DNA of 64,000 nt from an uncultured Sphingomonadaceae bacterium (GCA_964245925.1 CAXTPE010000001.1:263-64262); one strand, 5' to 3'; shown: positions 19,623 to 29,667, counted from the stretch's first letter. The notes: generated by a model not told the origin, from the sequence alone. Numbers and translations: made by a program.

Positions 19623-19713
19623 CGCCGGCGGGTTTGCGATCCGGCGATCGCTTCGCGCTTGCGCAATGGCGAACGGCCCTGCATCATCGGCGCGGGCACA
19701 ACCGGAAGGGTCG

Positions 19714-20376
19714 ATGGCGGATAGCAGTGATATTGCACAGCGTCGTGCGCTCGCGCGCATCACCGATGAACCCGAATATCGGATCAGACGCGAAGAATTG
19801 ATAAAGGCCGCCGCTCGTGTCTTCAGCAAGAAGGGGCTTCGCGCCGCCAAGCTCGACGATATAGCGCGTGAGTTCGGCAAGGATCGAGCGTCGCTTTACT
19901 ATTATACTTCCGGCAAGGAAGAGCTCTTCCAGGAGGTCGTGGCCGAGGCGGTCCTCAGCAACGTCGAGATGGTCGAGACCTTGTATGCGGAGGAGATGCC
20001 GTCGGCCGCGAAGCTGCGCAGCCTCATCGTGCGCCTGATGGGCTCCTATGAAATCCACTACCCCTATCTGTTCGTCTATGTGCAGGAGCCGATGCTCCAT
20101 CTCGACGAGACGACGGAGTGGAAGCGCAAGATGACGGCGCTTCAGCGCCGCTTCGATGAGGGCGTCCGCGCCATCGTCCGGCAAGGCATCGATGATGGAT
20201 CGCTCGATATTGCGGGTGACAGCGTGCGGCTGGTCGCCAATGCGATCATCGGCATGTGTTCCTGGAGCCATCGCTGGTTCAAGCCGGGAAAGACCGTCTC
20301 CGGCAGCGACATCGGCCGGGTTTTCGCGAATATCGTCCTGAACGGCGTCACCAAGCATGGCGCCGCGCCGGACTGA
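19714..20376 (+). CDS. TetR family regulator (KstR2-like C-terminal domain)
   Basis: RREELIKAAARVFSKKG..LDDIA..ASLYYY..KEELF, IIGMCSWSHRWFKP. Confidence 0.93.
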   Translation: MADSSDIAQRRALARITDEPEYRIRREELIKAAARVFSKKGLRAAKLDDIAREFGKDRASLYYYTSGKEELFQEVVAEAVLSNVEMVETLYAEEMPSAAKLRSLIVRLMGSYEIHYPYLFVYVQEPMLHLDETTEWKRKMTALQRRFDEGVRAIVRQGIDDGSLDIAGDSVRLVANAIIGMCSWSHRWFKPGKTVSGSDIGRVFANIVLNGVTKHGAAPD

Positions 20377-20409
20377 CGGCCGGCGCCCGCGCCACCGGCA
20401 TATCCCACT

Positions 20410-21669
20410 CTAGAAGCCTCGCCGCTCCCGCGCGTGCGCCTCGCGTTCCAGTTCCGCTCGGAACGCCGGATCGGCGATCGCGATCATCCGCCGCATGCGC
20501 TGGCGCATGGGCTGCCCGCGGAGATCGGCCATGCCATGCTCGGTGACGATATAGTCGACGTCCGAGCGGGCGCAGGTGACGGTTGCCACGTTCCCGAGGA
20601 TGCGGCTCACCTTGCCGCCGACGGAGGAAGGCAGCGCGATGATCGAGCAGCCGTGCTCCGCCCGGTTGGCGGCGTGCATGAAATCGACCTGGCCGCCGAC
20701 GGCGCCGACATAGCGGCCGTTGGCGAACTCGGCGTTGACCTGGCCCGTGATGTCGACCTCGATCGCCGAGTTGATCGCCACCAGGTTCGGGATTCGCGCC
20801 AGAACTTCCGCGGCATGGGTGTATTCGAACGGTTCGACCCGGAACCGCGGGTTCCCGCCCGCCGCGCGCATCAGCCGGAGCGTGCCGAACAGCGAGCCGG
20901 TGACGGTCACGCCGCGATCGATCGGCTTGCGGGCGTTGGTAATCACACCCGCCTCGATCAGGTCCAGCACGGAGTCGCCGATCGTCCCGGAGTGGATGCC
21001 GAGGTCGCGCCGGTCCGTCAGGCACCGGAGCAGCGCGTCGATCGTACCCCCGATACCGACCTGCAGCGTCGCGCCATCGGGCACGATCGTCGCCACATGA
21101 TCGGCGATCCGCCGCTCGATCGTCGATGGCGATCGCGCGGCCAGCTCCGCCGGCCGGCGATCGGTCGCGATCTTGAGAGCGATCGCGCCCATGTCGGAGA
21201 GCGTCCGCCCATGGGTCCAGGGGAGCTGCGCGTTGACCTCGGCGATCACGACCCGCGCCTTCACGATCGCCGCCCGCATATAGTCGTTGATCGGCCCGAG
21301 GCTATGCTCGCCATTGGGTCCGGGCGGACTCAGCTGCACCATCGCGACATCGCAGGGGATCTCGCCCGAGAGGATCGAGCGGCCGATCCGCGAGATGTGG
21401 ATGGGGTACAACTCCAGCGCGCCAACCGCGGCAAGCGCCCGCGTGGTGCCAAGCGTCCCGTAGCTTCCGATCGTGAGATGTTCCGCGTGCTCGGGCCTGA
21501 TCGTCTCGGCGAAGCAGGCACCGACGAAGACGGCGAGTGGCCCGAGCGCCGCCGCCTGATCGACCAGCGCGTTGGAGAGGGTCAGCGGCTCGCCGGTGCC
21601 CTGCCCCCAGAAGACCGTATCGCCCGGACGGATATAGGGCGCGAGATCCGGCGCGTCGGAAACGCTCAT
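20410..21669 (-). CDS. Acetyl-CoA hydrolase/CoA-transferase (4-hydroxybutyrate CoA-transferase family)
   Basis: DGATLQVGIG, LGIHS, INSAIEVDITGQVNAE, GGQVDF, VTEHG. Confidence 0.92.
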   Translation of the reverse strand: MSVSDAPDLAPYIRPGDTVFWGQGTGEPLTLSNALVDQAAALGPLAVFVGACFAETIRPEHAEHLTIGSYGTLGTTRALAAVGALELYPIHISRIGRSILSGEIPCDVAMVQLSPPGPNGEHSLGPINDYMRAAIVKARVVIAEVNAQLPWTHGRTLSDMGAIALKIATDRRPAELAARSPSTIERRIADHVATIVPDGATLQVGIGGTIDALLRCLTDRRDLGIHSGTIGDSVLDLIEAGVITNARKPIDRGVTVTGSLFGTLRLMRAAGGNPRFRVEPFEYTHAAEVLARIPNLVAINSAIEVDITGQVNAEFANGRYVGAVGGQVDFMHAANRAEHGCSIIALPSSVGGKVSRILGNVATVTCARSDVDYIVTEHGMADLRGQPMRQRMRRMIAIADPAFRAELEREAHARERRGF

Positions 21670-22466
21670 CCGCGACCGAAGACGGGCGCGCGCTTCTCCC
21701 GGAACGCGAGCAGCGCCTCGCGATGGTCCTCGGTGGTATGCGCGAGCGCCTGGAACGCGGCCGCCGACTCCAGATGCTCGTCGAGCCGCTGGTGGCGCGC
21801 CTGCCGCAGCAGCCGCTTGGCCATGCGGAGCGCATGTGGAGGATTGACGGCGATGCGCCACGCGAGATCGAGCGCCGTGGCCATGAGCTCGGCATCCGGC
21901 ACGACCCGCGAGACGAGCCCGCACGCGAGCGCGTCGGCCGCATCGATCGGCTCGCCCGTGAACGCCATCTCGGACGCCTTCGAGAAGCCGACCACGCGCG
22001 GCAGCAACCAGGCGCCGCCGTCGCCCGGGATGAGGCCCAGCTTCACGAAGCTCTCGCTGAACCGCGCGCTCTGCGAAGCGACGCGGATGTCGCACATGCA
22101 GGCCAGATCGCAGCCGGCGCCGATCGCGGCGCCCTGCACCGCGGCGATGATCGGCACCTCCAGTGTGTCGAACGCGAGCGGGATGCGCTGTATGCCCGCC
22201 TTGTAGCCGGCCGGCGTCTCCGCCGGCGGGCCGCCACCCAGTTCGCCGGGATTGCCGATCCTGGCGAGATTGCCGCCCGAGCTGAACGTCTTGCCGGCGG
22301 CGGCCAGGATCGCGCAGCGGATCGCCTGATCGCGATCGATGTCGGCGAGCGCCGCGGTCAGCGCGTCGACCATCTCGATGTCGGAGATCGGGTTCCGCAG
22401 CGCGGGATTGTTCAGCGTGAGGACGGCGATCGGGCCATCCTTCTCGAGCAACACCCATTCAGCCAT
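21666..22466 (-). CDS. Enoyl-CoA hydratase/crotonase
   Basis: FSSGGNL, PIIAAVQGAAIGAGCDLACMCD, GLIPGDGG. Confidence 0.94.
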   Translation of the reverse strand: MAEWVLLEKDGPIAVLTLNNPALRNPISDIEMVDALTAALADIDRDQAIRCAILAAAGKTFSSGGNLARIGNPGELGGGPPAETPAGYKAGIQRIPLAFDTLEVPIIAAVQGAAIGAGCDLACMCDIRVASQSARFSESFVKLGLIPGDGGAWLLPRVVGFSKASEMAFTGEPIDAADALACGLVSRVVPDAELMATALDLAWRIAVNPPHALRMAKRLLRQARHQRLDEHLESAAAFQALAHTTEDHREALLAFREKRAPVFGRG

Positions 22467-22496
22467 GGCTTGTACCGCCCTCCGAGACGATCGGCT

Positions 22497-23639
22497 TCAG
22501 CGAAGACCGAGGCCGCGCGCGATCATGCCACGCAGGATCTCGCGCGCGCCACCGCGCAGCGAGAAGGAGGGTGAATTGAGCGTCAGATAGCCCAGCACCG
22601 CCTGGAAATCGGGATCGTCCCGCAAGGCCGGATCGGTAAGGCCGCGCGCGAGTTCGGGCATCTCCTGCTCCAGCATCGCGCCGAGATCCTTCACCATCAC
22701 CGCCTGCAGCGACGCATCGTCGCCGCGCGCGAGCTGGCCCGCGACCGAGCGCGACATTCCGCGCAGCACCGCGACATGGGCCGAGAACCGGCCGAGAACC
22801 TCGGCCGCGCGCTCGGAGATATTCGAGCCGGTCGCGCGCGCAAGTTCCGAAATCAGGATGAAGGACGACAGGAACCGTTCCGGGCCGCTGCGCTCGTGCG
22901 CCAGCTCGCTCATGACCTGGCGCCAGCCATCGCCCTCCCGGCCGAGCAGCGCGTCTTCCGACACCAGCACATCGTCGAAATGCACCTCGTTGAACTCGTG
23001 CTTGCCCGACGATGCGAGGATCGGCCGGACCGTGATCCCCGGCGTCTTCATCTCGATCAGGAACTGGCTCAAGCCCTCGTGCCGGCCTTCCGCGGAATCG
23101 TCCGTGCGGGCAAGCAGGATCATGTAGTGCGCGAGGTGACCGTTGGTGGTCCAGAGCTTGGTCCCGTTGATGCGATAGCCGCCCTCCTCCCGGATGGCGC
23201 GCGTGCGCACCGCGGCGAGATCGGAACCGGCATCGGGTTCGCTCATGCCGATGCAGAAATAGCATTCCCCGCGCGCGATCGCGGGCAGGATTTCCCGGCG
23301 CTGCCGTTCGCTCCCGAAGCGCAGCAGCGACGGGCCGCTCTGCCGGTCGGCGATCCAGTGCGCCGCGACCGGCGCGCCCGCGGCGAGCAGCTCCTCGATG
23401 ACGATCAGCCGCTCGAGCCCGCTCCGCTCGTGACCGCCATACTCCTTCGGCCACGTCATGCCGAGCCAGCCGCGCGCGCCCAGCTTGCGGCTGAACTCGG
23501 GGTCCGCGCCCGTCCAGGTCTCCGCGCGGGCGACCGGCGGACGATCGGCCAGCGCCTCGTCGAGGAAAGCGCGGACCTCGCGGCGGAAGCCGTCGGCATC
23601 CGGCTGCTCGGCGAAAAACGGGAAGGTCATCGCGTTCAT
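22497..23639 (-). CDS. Acyl-CoA dehydrogenase (likely subunit of a heteromeric ACAD)
   Basis: IGMSEPDAGSDL, INGTKLWTT, FNEVHFDDV, LAHERSG, LRGGAREI. Confidence 0.93.
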   Translation of the reverse strand: MNAMTFPFFAEQPDADGFRREVRAFLDEALADRPPVARAETWTGADPEFSRKLGARGWLGMTWPKEYGGHERSGLERLIVIEELLAAGAPVAAHWIADRQSGPSLLRFGSERQRREILPAIARGECYFCIGMSEPDAGSDLAAVRTRAIREEGGYRINGTKLWTTNGHLAHYMILLARTDDSAEGRHEGLSQFLIEMKTPGITVRPILASSGKHEFNEVHFDDVLVSEDALLGREGDGWRQVMSELAHERSGPERFLSSFILISELARATGSNISERAAEVLGRFSAHVAVLRGMSRSVAGQLARGDDASLQAVMVKDLGAMLEQEMPELARGLTDPALRDDPDFQAVLGYLTLNSPSFSLRGGAREILRGMIARGLGLR

Positions 23640-24721
23640 TGCCAGATGTCCGTTATGGCCGCCCAGAGCGGCCGGTTGCTTCTCGCAAGCGCCCGACCGA
23701 GCGCGATCGACCATTCGGCTTCGGTGCCGAATTCGTCCCGCCAGCTCAGCAGGCGGCGCGTCAGCAGCTGGAGGGCATATTCCCGCGTGAAGCCGATCGC
23801 GCCATGGATCTGGTGCGCCGCCGCCGCGATCTTGCCCGCGGCCTCGCCCGCCCTGATCTTGGCGGTCGCGACCGACGCCATGTCCAGCCCGCGCGCCAGC
23901 GATGCCGTCGCGATGTCGGCGGCGACGCCGGCCGCCGCCGCCTCGCTGGCGCTGATCGCCAGCAATTGCTGGACCGCCTGGAATTGCGACAATGTCCTGC
24001 CGAACTGGCTCCGCTCGCGCGCATAGCCGGCGGTCATCTCGACCGCGGCTCCGGCCGCGCCGGCGAGCTGGGCGGCGCGCAGGACGGCGCCGAGACGATG
24101 CGGCGTGGCGGGATCGAAGCCGGCCGGCAGCGCCGCGATCCGGCGCTCGTCGACGACGATGTCGATCCGGACCCGGTCGCGAGGCTCGCCTGCGAGATTG
24201 CCGTTCTCGATGCAGGAGAAATCGCCCCGCGCCAGGCGGACCAGCACCGGCCGCTCGTCGAGCATGCCGATGCCGACAAGATCGCAGGCGCGCGCCCAGG
24301 GCACGGCATCGACGACGCCGGAGACACGCACCCCGCCGGCGGACCTCTCGATGGCGATCATGCCGGGCACGAACGTCGTGGGCGCATCGGCCGGCGCGAG
24401 CCCGGCGCTCGCGAGCAGCCAGTCGGCGCCCATTGCCTCGACCAGCGGCAGCGCCAGCGCGGCCGCGCCTGCGAGGCGCGCGATCATCATCGCCGATGCG
24501 AGGCCGACGCCGCCCTCGGCCTCGCTCCGCATCGCCTGGAGGAAGCCGATCTCGGCAAGCGTGGTCCAGCCATGCGCGAACCACGAAGTGCTTTCCGCCG
24601 CCGCGCGTGCCGCGTCATTGCCGATCGGGCCGATGTCCGCGAAGACGCCGCGCGCGGTATCGGCGATCAGCGTGTCGGCATCCTCGCCGGGCGCTTCGAG
24701 GCAGAGCGATTCGATCGTCAC
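23636..24721 (-). CDS. Short, degenerate acyl-CoA dehydrogenase (partner subunit)
   Basis: RSQFGRTLSQFQAVQQ, AHQIHGAIGFTRE. Overlaps both neighbours by 4 bp. Confidence 0.88.
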   Translation of the reverse strand: MTIESLCLEAPGEDADTLIADTARGVFADIGPIGNDAARAAAESTSWFAHGWTTLAEIGFLQAMRSEAEGGVGLASAMMIARLAGAAALALPLVEAMGADWLLASAGLAPADAPTTFVPGMIAIERSAGGVRVSGVVDAVPWARACDLVGIGMLDERPVLVRLARGDFSCIENGNLAGEPRDRVRIDIVVDERRIAALPAGFDPATPHRLGAVLRAAQLAGAAGAAVEMTAGYARERSQFGRTLSQFQAVQQLLAISASEAAAAGVAADIATASLARGLDMASVATAKIRAGEAAGKIAAAAHQIHGAIGFTREYALQLLTRRLLSWRDEFGTEAEWSIALGRALARSNRPLWAAITDIWQ

Positions 24722-25200
24722 GTCAAGGTCTCGAAATGAAAGTCGGTGATCCTGCCCTCGCGGCGATCCTTGAAGGTCGCGCGAACCCGCGGACGCCGCA
24801 TCAGCAGGTTGGCGGCCGCATCGATGTCGGACAGGTCGACGCCGGAGACATGATTGAGCAGCGCCGTCCCGGCGCCGTCCAGCGTGATGTAGCCCATCAC
24901 GAACGGCGGCGCCGGCAGGCCGGGAAACTGGGTCGCGACGATGCTGAAGATGTCGAGCGTGCCTTCCGGGCCGACGTCCACCCACCGCTCGGTCGCGACA
25001 TAGCAGGCATCGCAGTAGGAGCGCGCCGGCACCAGCACGCGCTTGCAACGCGGGCATTCGGTGCCGAGGATGACGCCCTCGTCGCGCAGCGCGTTGAAGA
25101 AGCGGCTGGCGGTGTCGCCGGCGAAATATTGATATTCGAAGTCCCACACGCCCGGGATCACGACGCGGTCTTCGGGAGCAAGAGTTTCGCCGCTCAACAC
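24718..25200 (-). CDS. Zn-ribbon/OB-fold (DUF35) protein
   Basis: CPRC..PARSYCDAC, WVDVGPEGT, PFVMGYITLDG. Confidence 0.9.
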   Translation of the reverse strand: MLSGETLAPEDRVVIPGVWDFEYQYFAGDTASRFFNALRDEGVILGTECPRCKRVLVPARSYCDACYVATERWVDVGPEGTLDIFSIVATQFPGLPAPPFVMGYITLDGAGTALLNHVSGVDLSDIDAAANLLMRRPRVRATFKDRREGRITDFHFETLT

Positions 25201-25306
25201 CTTCCCTCCTTCTGCCGGCAACCGCACGCGATGGTGACGGTACAGGCGCTCGTGATGCAACCGCCGGCATGCCGGCGCGGCACCATTGATCCGTCGCCGC
25301 AATCAA

Positions 25307-25324
25307 GTCAACACACGCGTTGAC
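25307..25324. promoter_or_regulatory. Palindromic operator, copy 3
   Basis: GTCAAC-ACACGC-GTTGAC between divergent operons. Confidence 0.82.
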
Positions 25325-25476
25325 GGGGTTGATCCGCGCTTCTAGACAGCGTCGCCAGGGCCGGAACGAGCGCCGCTTGCACCAGATCGGCGACATGCTC
25401 GAAGACGATCCGACATAGACGCCACCGCCCGCGGTCAAGGAGCCGATGGTGAGATCGGTCATGATGGAGAGCGCGG

Positions 25477-25857
25477 ATGTTCAAGCTGGTCATCACCATG
25501 AAGCGAAAGCAGGGCATCTCGCCGGCGGAATTCATGCGTCACTACGACGATGTGCATATCCCGCTGTGCCGGCGCATCATGCCGCCGCTCCATCTGCACC
25601 GTCGCAACTTCATCCTCGCCGATCATGCGTTCTACAACTATGTCGGTGACAATCGTGGCGACTCCTCCAAGGAGCCGCCGTTCGACGTCGTGACCGAAGC
25701 CATCTATGACAGCGAGGAAGCGGCGCGCGCCTCGATGGACGCGCTGTTCGATCAGCAGATCGGTCCGCAGGTCATGGCGGACGAGAAGAACTTCGTCGAG
25801 CCCGGCAGCGTCAACTTCTACGTCGTCGAGGTGCACCAGACGGAAATCCCGTGGTGA
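25477..25857 (+). CDS. EthD domain protein
   Basis: KRKQGISPAEFMRHYDDVH.PL, FDVVTE, ADEKNF. Confidence 0.85.
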   Translation: MFKLVITMKRKQGISPAEFMRHYDDVHIPLCRRIMPPLHLHRRNFILADHAFYNYVGDNRGDSSKEPPFDVVTEAIYDSEEAARASMDALFDQQIGPQVMADEKNFVEPGSVNFYVVEVHQTEIPW

Positions 25858-27983
25858 CGGCGATCGGCCGGTATCGGCGGACGTGCGCGCTCGCCGCCGT
25901 CGCGCTCGCCGTCACGACGATCGGCGGCTGCGGTGAGCGGCAGGATCGCGCCGGTCGCGTCGACAATGGTCCGGCGATCGCCGGTCATGCCCTGCTGACG
26001 GGCAATGGCGGCGAGGGTGACTGGCCGGCCTATGGCCGCACCTATGACGAGAGCCACTTCAGCCCGCTTGCCCAGATCACCGACGCGAACGTCGGCGACC
26101 TGAAGCTCGCATGGTCCTATGATCTGCCGCCGTCGGTCAGCGTCGCCAGCCAGCCGCTGGCGGTGAACGGCACGATCTACATGGCGACCGGCCTGAGCGT
26201 GGTGCGGGCGCTCGACGGCGCGACGGGTCGCGAGCTGTGGGAATATGATCCGCGGGTCGCCGCGACCGGCGTTGATGCGCTGCGCACCGGCTGGGGCGTT
26301 CGCGGCCTCGCCTGGTGGGACGGCCGTCTCTTCGTGGGAACGCAGGACGGTCGCCTGATCGCGATCGATGCGGCGACCGGCAAGCCGGTATGGACCGCGC
26401 GGACGACGAGGCCCGGGGACGGCCGCTACATCACGGGCGCGCCGCGCGTCTTCGACGGCCGGGTCATCATCGGACATGGCGGCGCCGACTATGCGCGCAT
26501 CCGCGGCTATGTCACCGCCTATGATACCGTGAGCGGACGCGAGCTGTGGCGCTTCTATACCGTGCCCGGCGATCCCGCGAAGGATCACGACGAGACCACG
26601 CGCCTCGCCGCCTCCACCTGGAAGGGAGAATATTACAAGCAGGGCGGCGGCGGAACGGTATGGAACGCGATCACCTATGATCCGGAGCTCGATCGGATCT
26701 ATATCGGCACCGGCAACGGCGGGCCGTGGAACCAGAAGATCCGCAGCCCCGGCGGCGGCGACAATCTGTTCGTCTGCGCGATCGTCGCGCTCGACGCCTC
26801 GACCGGCCATTACCTCTGGCACTACCAGACGAATCCCGGCGAGACCTGGGATTACAACTCGGCGATGGACATGGTGCTGGCGACGCTGCCGATCGACGGC
26901 ACGCCGCGGCGCGTGCTGCTGCATGCGCCCAAGAACGGCTTCTTCTACGTCATCGACCGGAACGACGGTAAGCTGATCTCCGCCCGACCGATCGCCAGGG
27001 TGAACTGGGCGAGCGGGATCGACGTGAAGACCGGCCGCCCGATCGAAAATCCCGCCGCCCGCTATCCGGACGGCGCCGCGCTGGTGTGGCCCGGTCCGGC
27101 GGGCGCGCACAACTGGCATCCGATGGCCTATGATCCGAGGACGGCGCGGGTCTTCATCCCGACCACGCAGCTGCCGGGATTGTACAGCGACAAGCTGATC
27201 GACCTGAAGCACTGGCGGCCGGCGAGCGGCGTGATGAACTCGGGCATCGATCCGCTGATCGATTTCAACGGCGGCCTGCCGAAGGGCGATCTCGGATCGC
27301 TGCAGGCCTGGGATCCGCTCCATCAGCGCCGGCTGTGGGAGGTGCCGCTGCCGAGCCCCGTCAACGGCGGCGTGATGGCGACCGCCGGCAATCTGGTCTT
27401 CCAGGGCCGCGCCGACGGGCTGTTCGTCGCCTATGCGGCCGACAGCGGGCGCGTCCTCTGGCGTTTCCCGGCGCAGACCGGCGTCATCGCCCCGCCGATC
27501 AGCTATCGCGCGGGCGGGCGGCAATATGTCACCGTGATCGCCGGCCAGGGTGGCGGCGCGGGTGCGATGGGCGCGATCTCGGCGGCGAACGGGTGGCAGT
27601 ACCGCAGCCAGCAGCGCCGCGTGCTGACGTTTGCGATGGGGGGCAATGCGGTGCTCCCGGCGGCGGCGGCGGCGGCGGCCGTGCGCGCGATCGAGGACCG
27701 CGGCTACCGAGCGGACCCGGCCGCCGACCGACGCGGCGCCGCGCTCTTCGCCGGCGCCTGCGCCTACTGCCACGGTATCGGCGTCGTCGCCGGAGGGTCC
27801 GCGCCCGATCTCAGGACGTCCGAGGTCATCATCGATGCCGGCGCTTTCAAGGCGATCGTCCACGATGGAGCGCTGGCGCTCGCCGGAATGCCCAAGTTCG
27901 ACAACTTCTCGGACCAGGAGCGCGAGAATATCAGGCAGTACATCCGATCGAGGGCGAGAGCGACCGACCCGTCCGCGCGATAG
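25854..27983 (+). CDS. PQQ-dependent quinohemoprotein dehydrogenase (probable lipoprotein)
   Basis: Lipobox-like TIGGC, SPLAQI, GGGTVW, YIGTGNG, WHYQT.PG..WDY, PKNGFFY, GAHNW, C-terminal heme c motif CAYCH. Confidence 0.93.
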   Translation: MTAIGRYRRTCALAAVALAVTTIGGCGERQDRAGRVDNGPAIAGHALLTGNGGEGDWPAYGRTYDESHFSPLAQITDANVGDLKLAWSYDLPPSVSVASQPLAVNGTIYMATGLSVVRALDGATGRELWEYDPRVAATGVDALRTGWGVRGLAWWDGRLFVGTQDGRLIAIDAATGKPVWTARTTRPGDGRYITGAPRVFDGRVIIGHGGADYARIRGYVTAYDTVSGRELWRFYTVPGDPAKDHDETTRLAASTWKGEYYKQGGGGTVWNAITYDPELDRIYIGTGNGGPWNQKIRSPGGGDNLFVCAIVALDASTGHYLWHYQTNPGETWDYNSAMDMVLATLPIDGTPRRVLLHAPKNGFFYVIDRNDGKLISARPIARVNWASGIDVKTGRPIENPAARYPDGAALVWPGPAGAHNWHPMAYDPRTARVFIPTTQLPGLYSDKLIDLKHWRPASGVMNSGIDPLIDFNGGLPKGDLGSLQAWDPLHQRRLWEVPLPSPVNGGVMATAGNLVFQGRADGLFVAYAADSGRVLWRFPAQTGVIAPPISYRAGGRQYVTVIAGQGGGAGAMGAISAANGWQYRSQQRRVLTFAMGGNAVLPAAAAAAAVRAIEDRGYRADPAADRRGAALFAGACAYCHGIGVVAGGSAPDLRTSEVIIDAGAFKAIVHDGALALAGMPKFDNFSDQERENIRQYIRSRARATDPSAR

Positions 27984-28165
27984 CGAGCCAGTCCCGATCG
28001 AGATCGCGGCGCAGACCGCCGCGTCCCGTCGCGCCGAGCGGCTGGCGGCGCTGAAGCCGACACCAGCCCGCCGATGCGCAGGACGATCACGGGGCGGTTC
28101 ATCACCTCTTCAGCAGCCGCGCGATCACCGCATCCGGCAGCCCGTGCTCCGAGATACGGCGGCCG

Positions 28166-28576
28166 TCATTCCGGGTCCGGCTTTATCGCATCGGCTCCCA
28201 TGAGTGGGCTGGCTCCGGCGATCAGATGCTCGTCCATGAACAGCATCAGGTAGGGCGCGCCAGGCTCGGAGATTTTTTCTTCGTCGGGTTTGAGTATACG
28301 AAAATAGTCATCGCTCGACCACCATTTCTTAGCGTCGGCCAGCGAGTCGAACCAGAACTCCGACAATACGTCGTACTGGGAGCTGGCATCGTCCAACATC
28401 TCTCCGGTTTCAAAGTCCACCTGCCCTGTGATGTGGTTCTGGACATAGCAACGACAGTACTGCCAGAAGGCAGGGCAGCTCTTGACGAGTTCCGCATGTA
28501 CCTCGATGGCATGCTGATGATGTTGCTGACGGGTCATGCCCGCCTTTCGCTTGCCCGCGACGATAACCTTGATCAT
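28166..28576 (-). CDS. EthD domain protein
   Basis: KRKAGMTRQQ..H..VHAEL, YVQNH, YDVLSEFWFDS, PDEEK. Confidence 0.85.
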   Translation of the reverse strand: MIKVIVAGKRKAGMTRQQHHQHAIEVHAELVKSCPAFWQYCRCYVQNHITGQVDFETGEMLDDASSQYDVLSEFWFDSLADAKKWWSSDDYFRILKPDEEKISEPGAPYLMLFMDEHLIAGASPLMGADAIKPDPE

Positions 28577-29589
28577 GTCTTTTCCCCATAGTCCGGATTG
28601 CATGTGAGTTCGGACTCCGTCTCGAGCTGGACGGACGGTCCGCGCGACGCCGAGGCCCGGGAAAACTCCCGAAAGGCTTTTTCCGCGAATTGCTGGAAAC
28701 ATGTCGGCGGCCTTCCCAGCAACCACTGGAGGACATTGGGATTGCCGATGAAATCATGGTTCCCGTACCAGTTCGATACGGACGAGATCACGGCCAGGTG
28801 ATGCCGTGCTTCCGGGCTGTCCGCTTCGGCTCCGAACATATGTTCGAGCATGTCCTCGGGCCGCCACTCGACCGGCACGACATCACGACCGGAAACTCGG
28901 GAAAGGATGGCGGCGACATCCCGCGCCGTCAGCTTGTCGGGCCCTGAAAGCTCGTAGGAGGCGAAATAATGAGCCTCGCCCTCACGGATAACCTTGGCAG
29001 CGACGTCTGTGAGGTCATCAAGGTCGATAAGGGATCCACGACGAGGCTTCGCAAGCGACCAGAACGCTGGAAACGTGCCGGTTGCGAAGGCTGGGAGAGA
29101 ATATTGTTCCGGCATCATGAAATCGCAAGGCTTGAGAATCGTGAAGTTAAGATCCGACTCGATCAGCATCTCCTCAAGATCCCGTTTGATCCGATGTTGC
29201 AGAATATCGATGATCGGATGAAGCACCGAACTCAGCACCACATGCCGCACGCCGGCGACACGGGCTGCTTTGACGAGCGCGACGCCCATCTGATACTCGC
29301 GTAGATGAGCGCCCGGACCAACATGGTAGACCGTGTCCATGTCGGTCATCGCCTCCTCATAGGCGGCAACGTCGCTGATGTCGGCTACAATGACTTCGCT
29401 GGCGCCGAGCTTGAGAACTTCTTCCTCCTTGCCGGCCGTCGCCCGGACCGCGCGTACAACGAACCCGGCACTGACAAGCTTCGGTATCAGCAGTTTGCCC
29501 TGATGCCCTCCCGCCGCGGTAACAAGGACAGCATGACGGCGCGTACCGCCGTTGCTCTTCCTGGTTATCGCCTGGGTCTCCGCCGTCAT
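28573..29589 (-). CDS. NmrA family NAD(P)-binding protein
   Basis: VLVTAAGGHQG, GVRHVVLSSV, FTILKP, YELSGP. Confidence 0.87.
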   Translation of the reverse strand: MTAETQAITRKSNGGTRRHAVLVTAAGGHQGKLLIPKLVSAGFVVRAVRATAGKEEEVLKLGASEVIVADISDVAAYEEAMTDMDTVYHVGPGAHLREYQMGVALVKAARVAGVRHVVLSSVLHPIIDILQHRIKRDLEEMLIESDLNFTILKPCDFMMPEQYSLPAFATGTFPAFWSLAKPRRGSLIDLDDLTDVAAKVIREGEAHYFASYELSGPDKLTARDVAAILSRVSGRDVVPVEWRPEDMLEHMFGAEADSPEARHHLAVISSVSNWYGNHDFIGNPNVLQWLLGRPPTCFQQFAEKAFREFSRASASRGPSVQLETESELTCNPDYGEKT

Positions 29590-29667
29590 GCCACCTCTCC
29601 CATCTGCCATACGCTTGCGGGCCGCGATGCCGGCGACCGTCCTGCTCCCGCAATCATCCACAGCCGA

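Noticed and set aside
20410-25462. Apparent N-terminal fusions in ORFs 20410..22458, 22497..24584 and 23636..25462 (also 34955..36499 and 58558..60051)
   Set aside because: The extensions are out-of-frame read-through over neighbouring genes. True starts were reassigned from motifs, RBS and stop/start overlaps.
25854-27983. Lanthanide-dependent dehydrogenase
   Set aside because: The active-site segment is WDYN and lacks the diagnostic second Asp.
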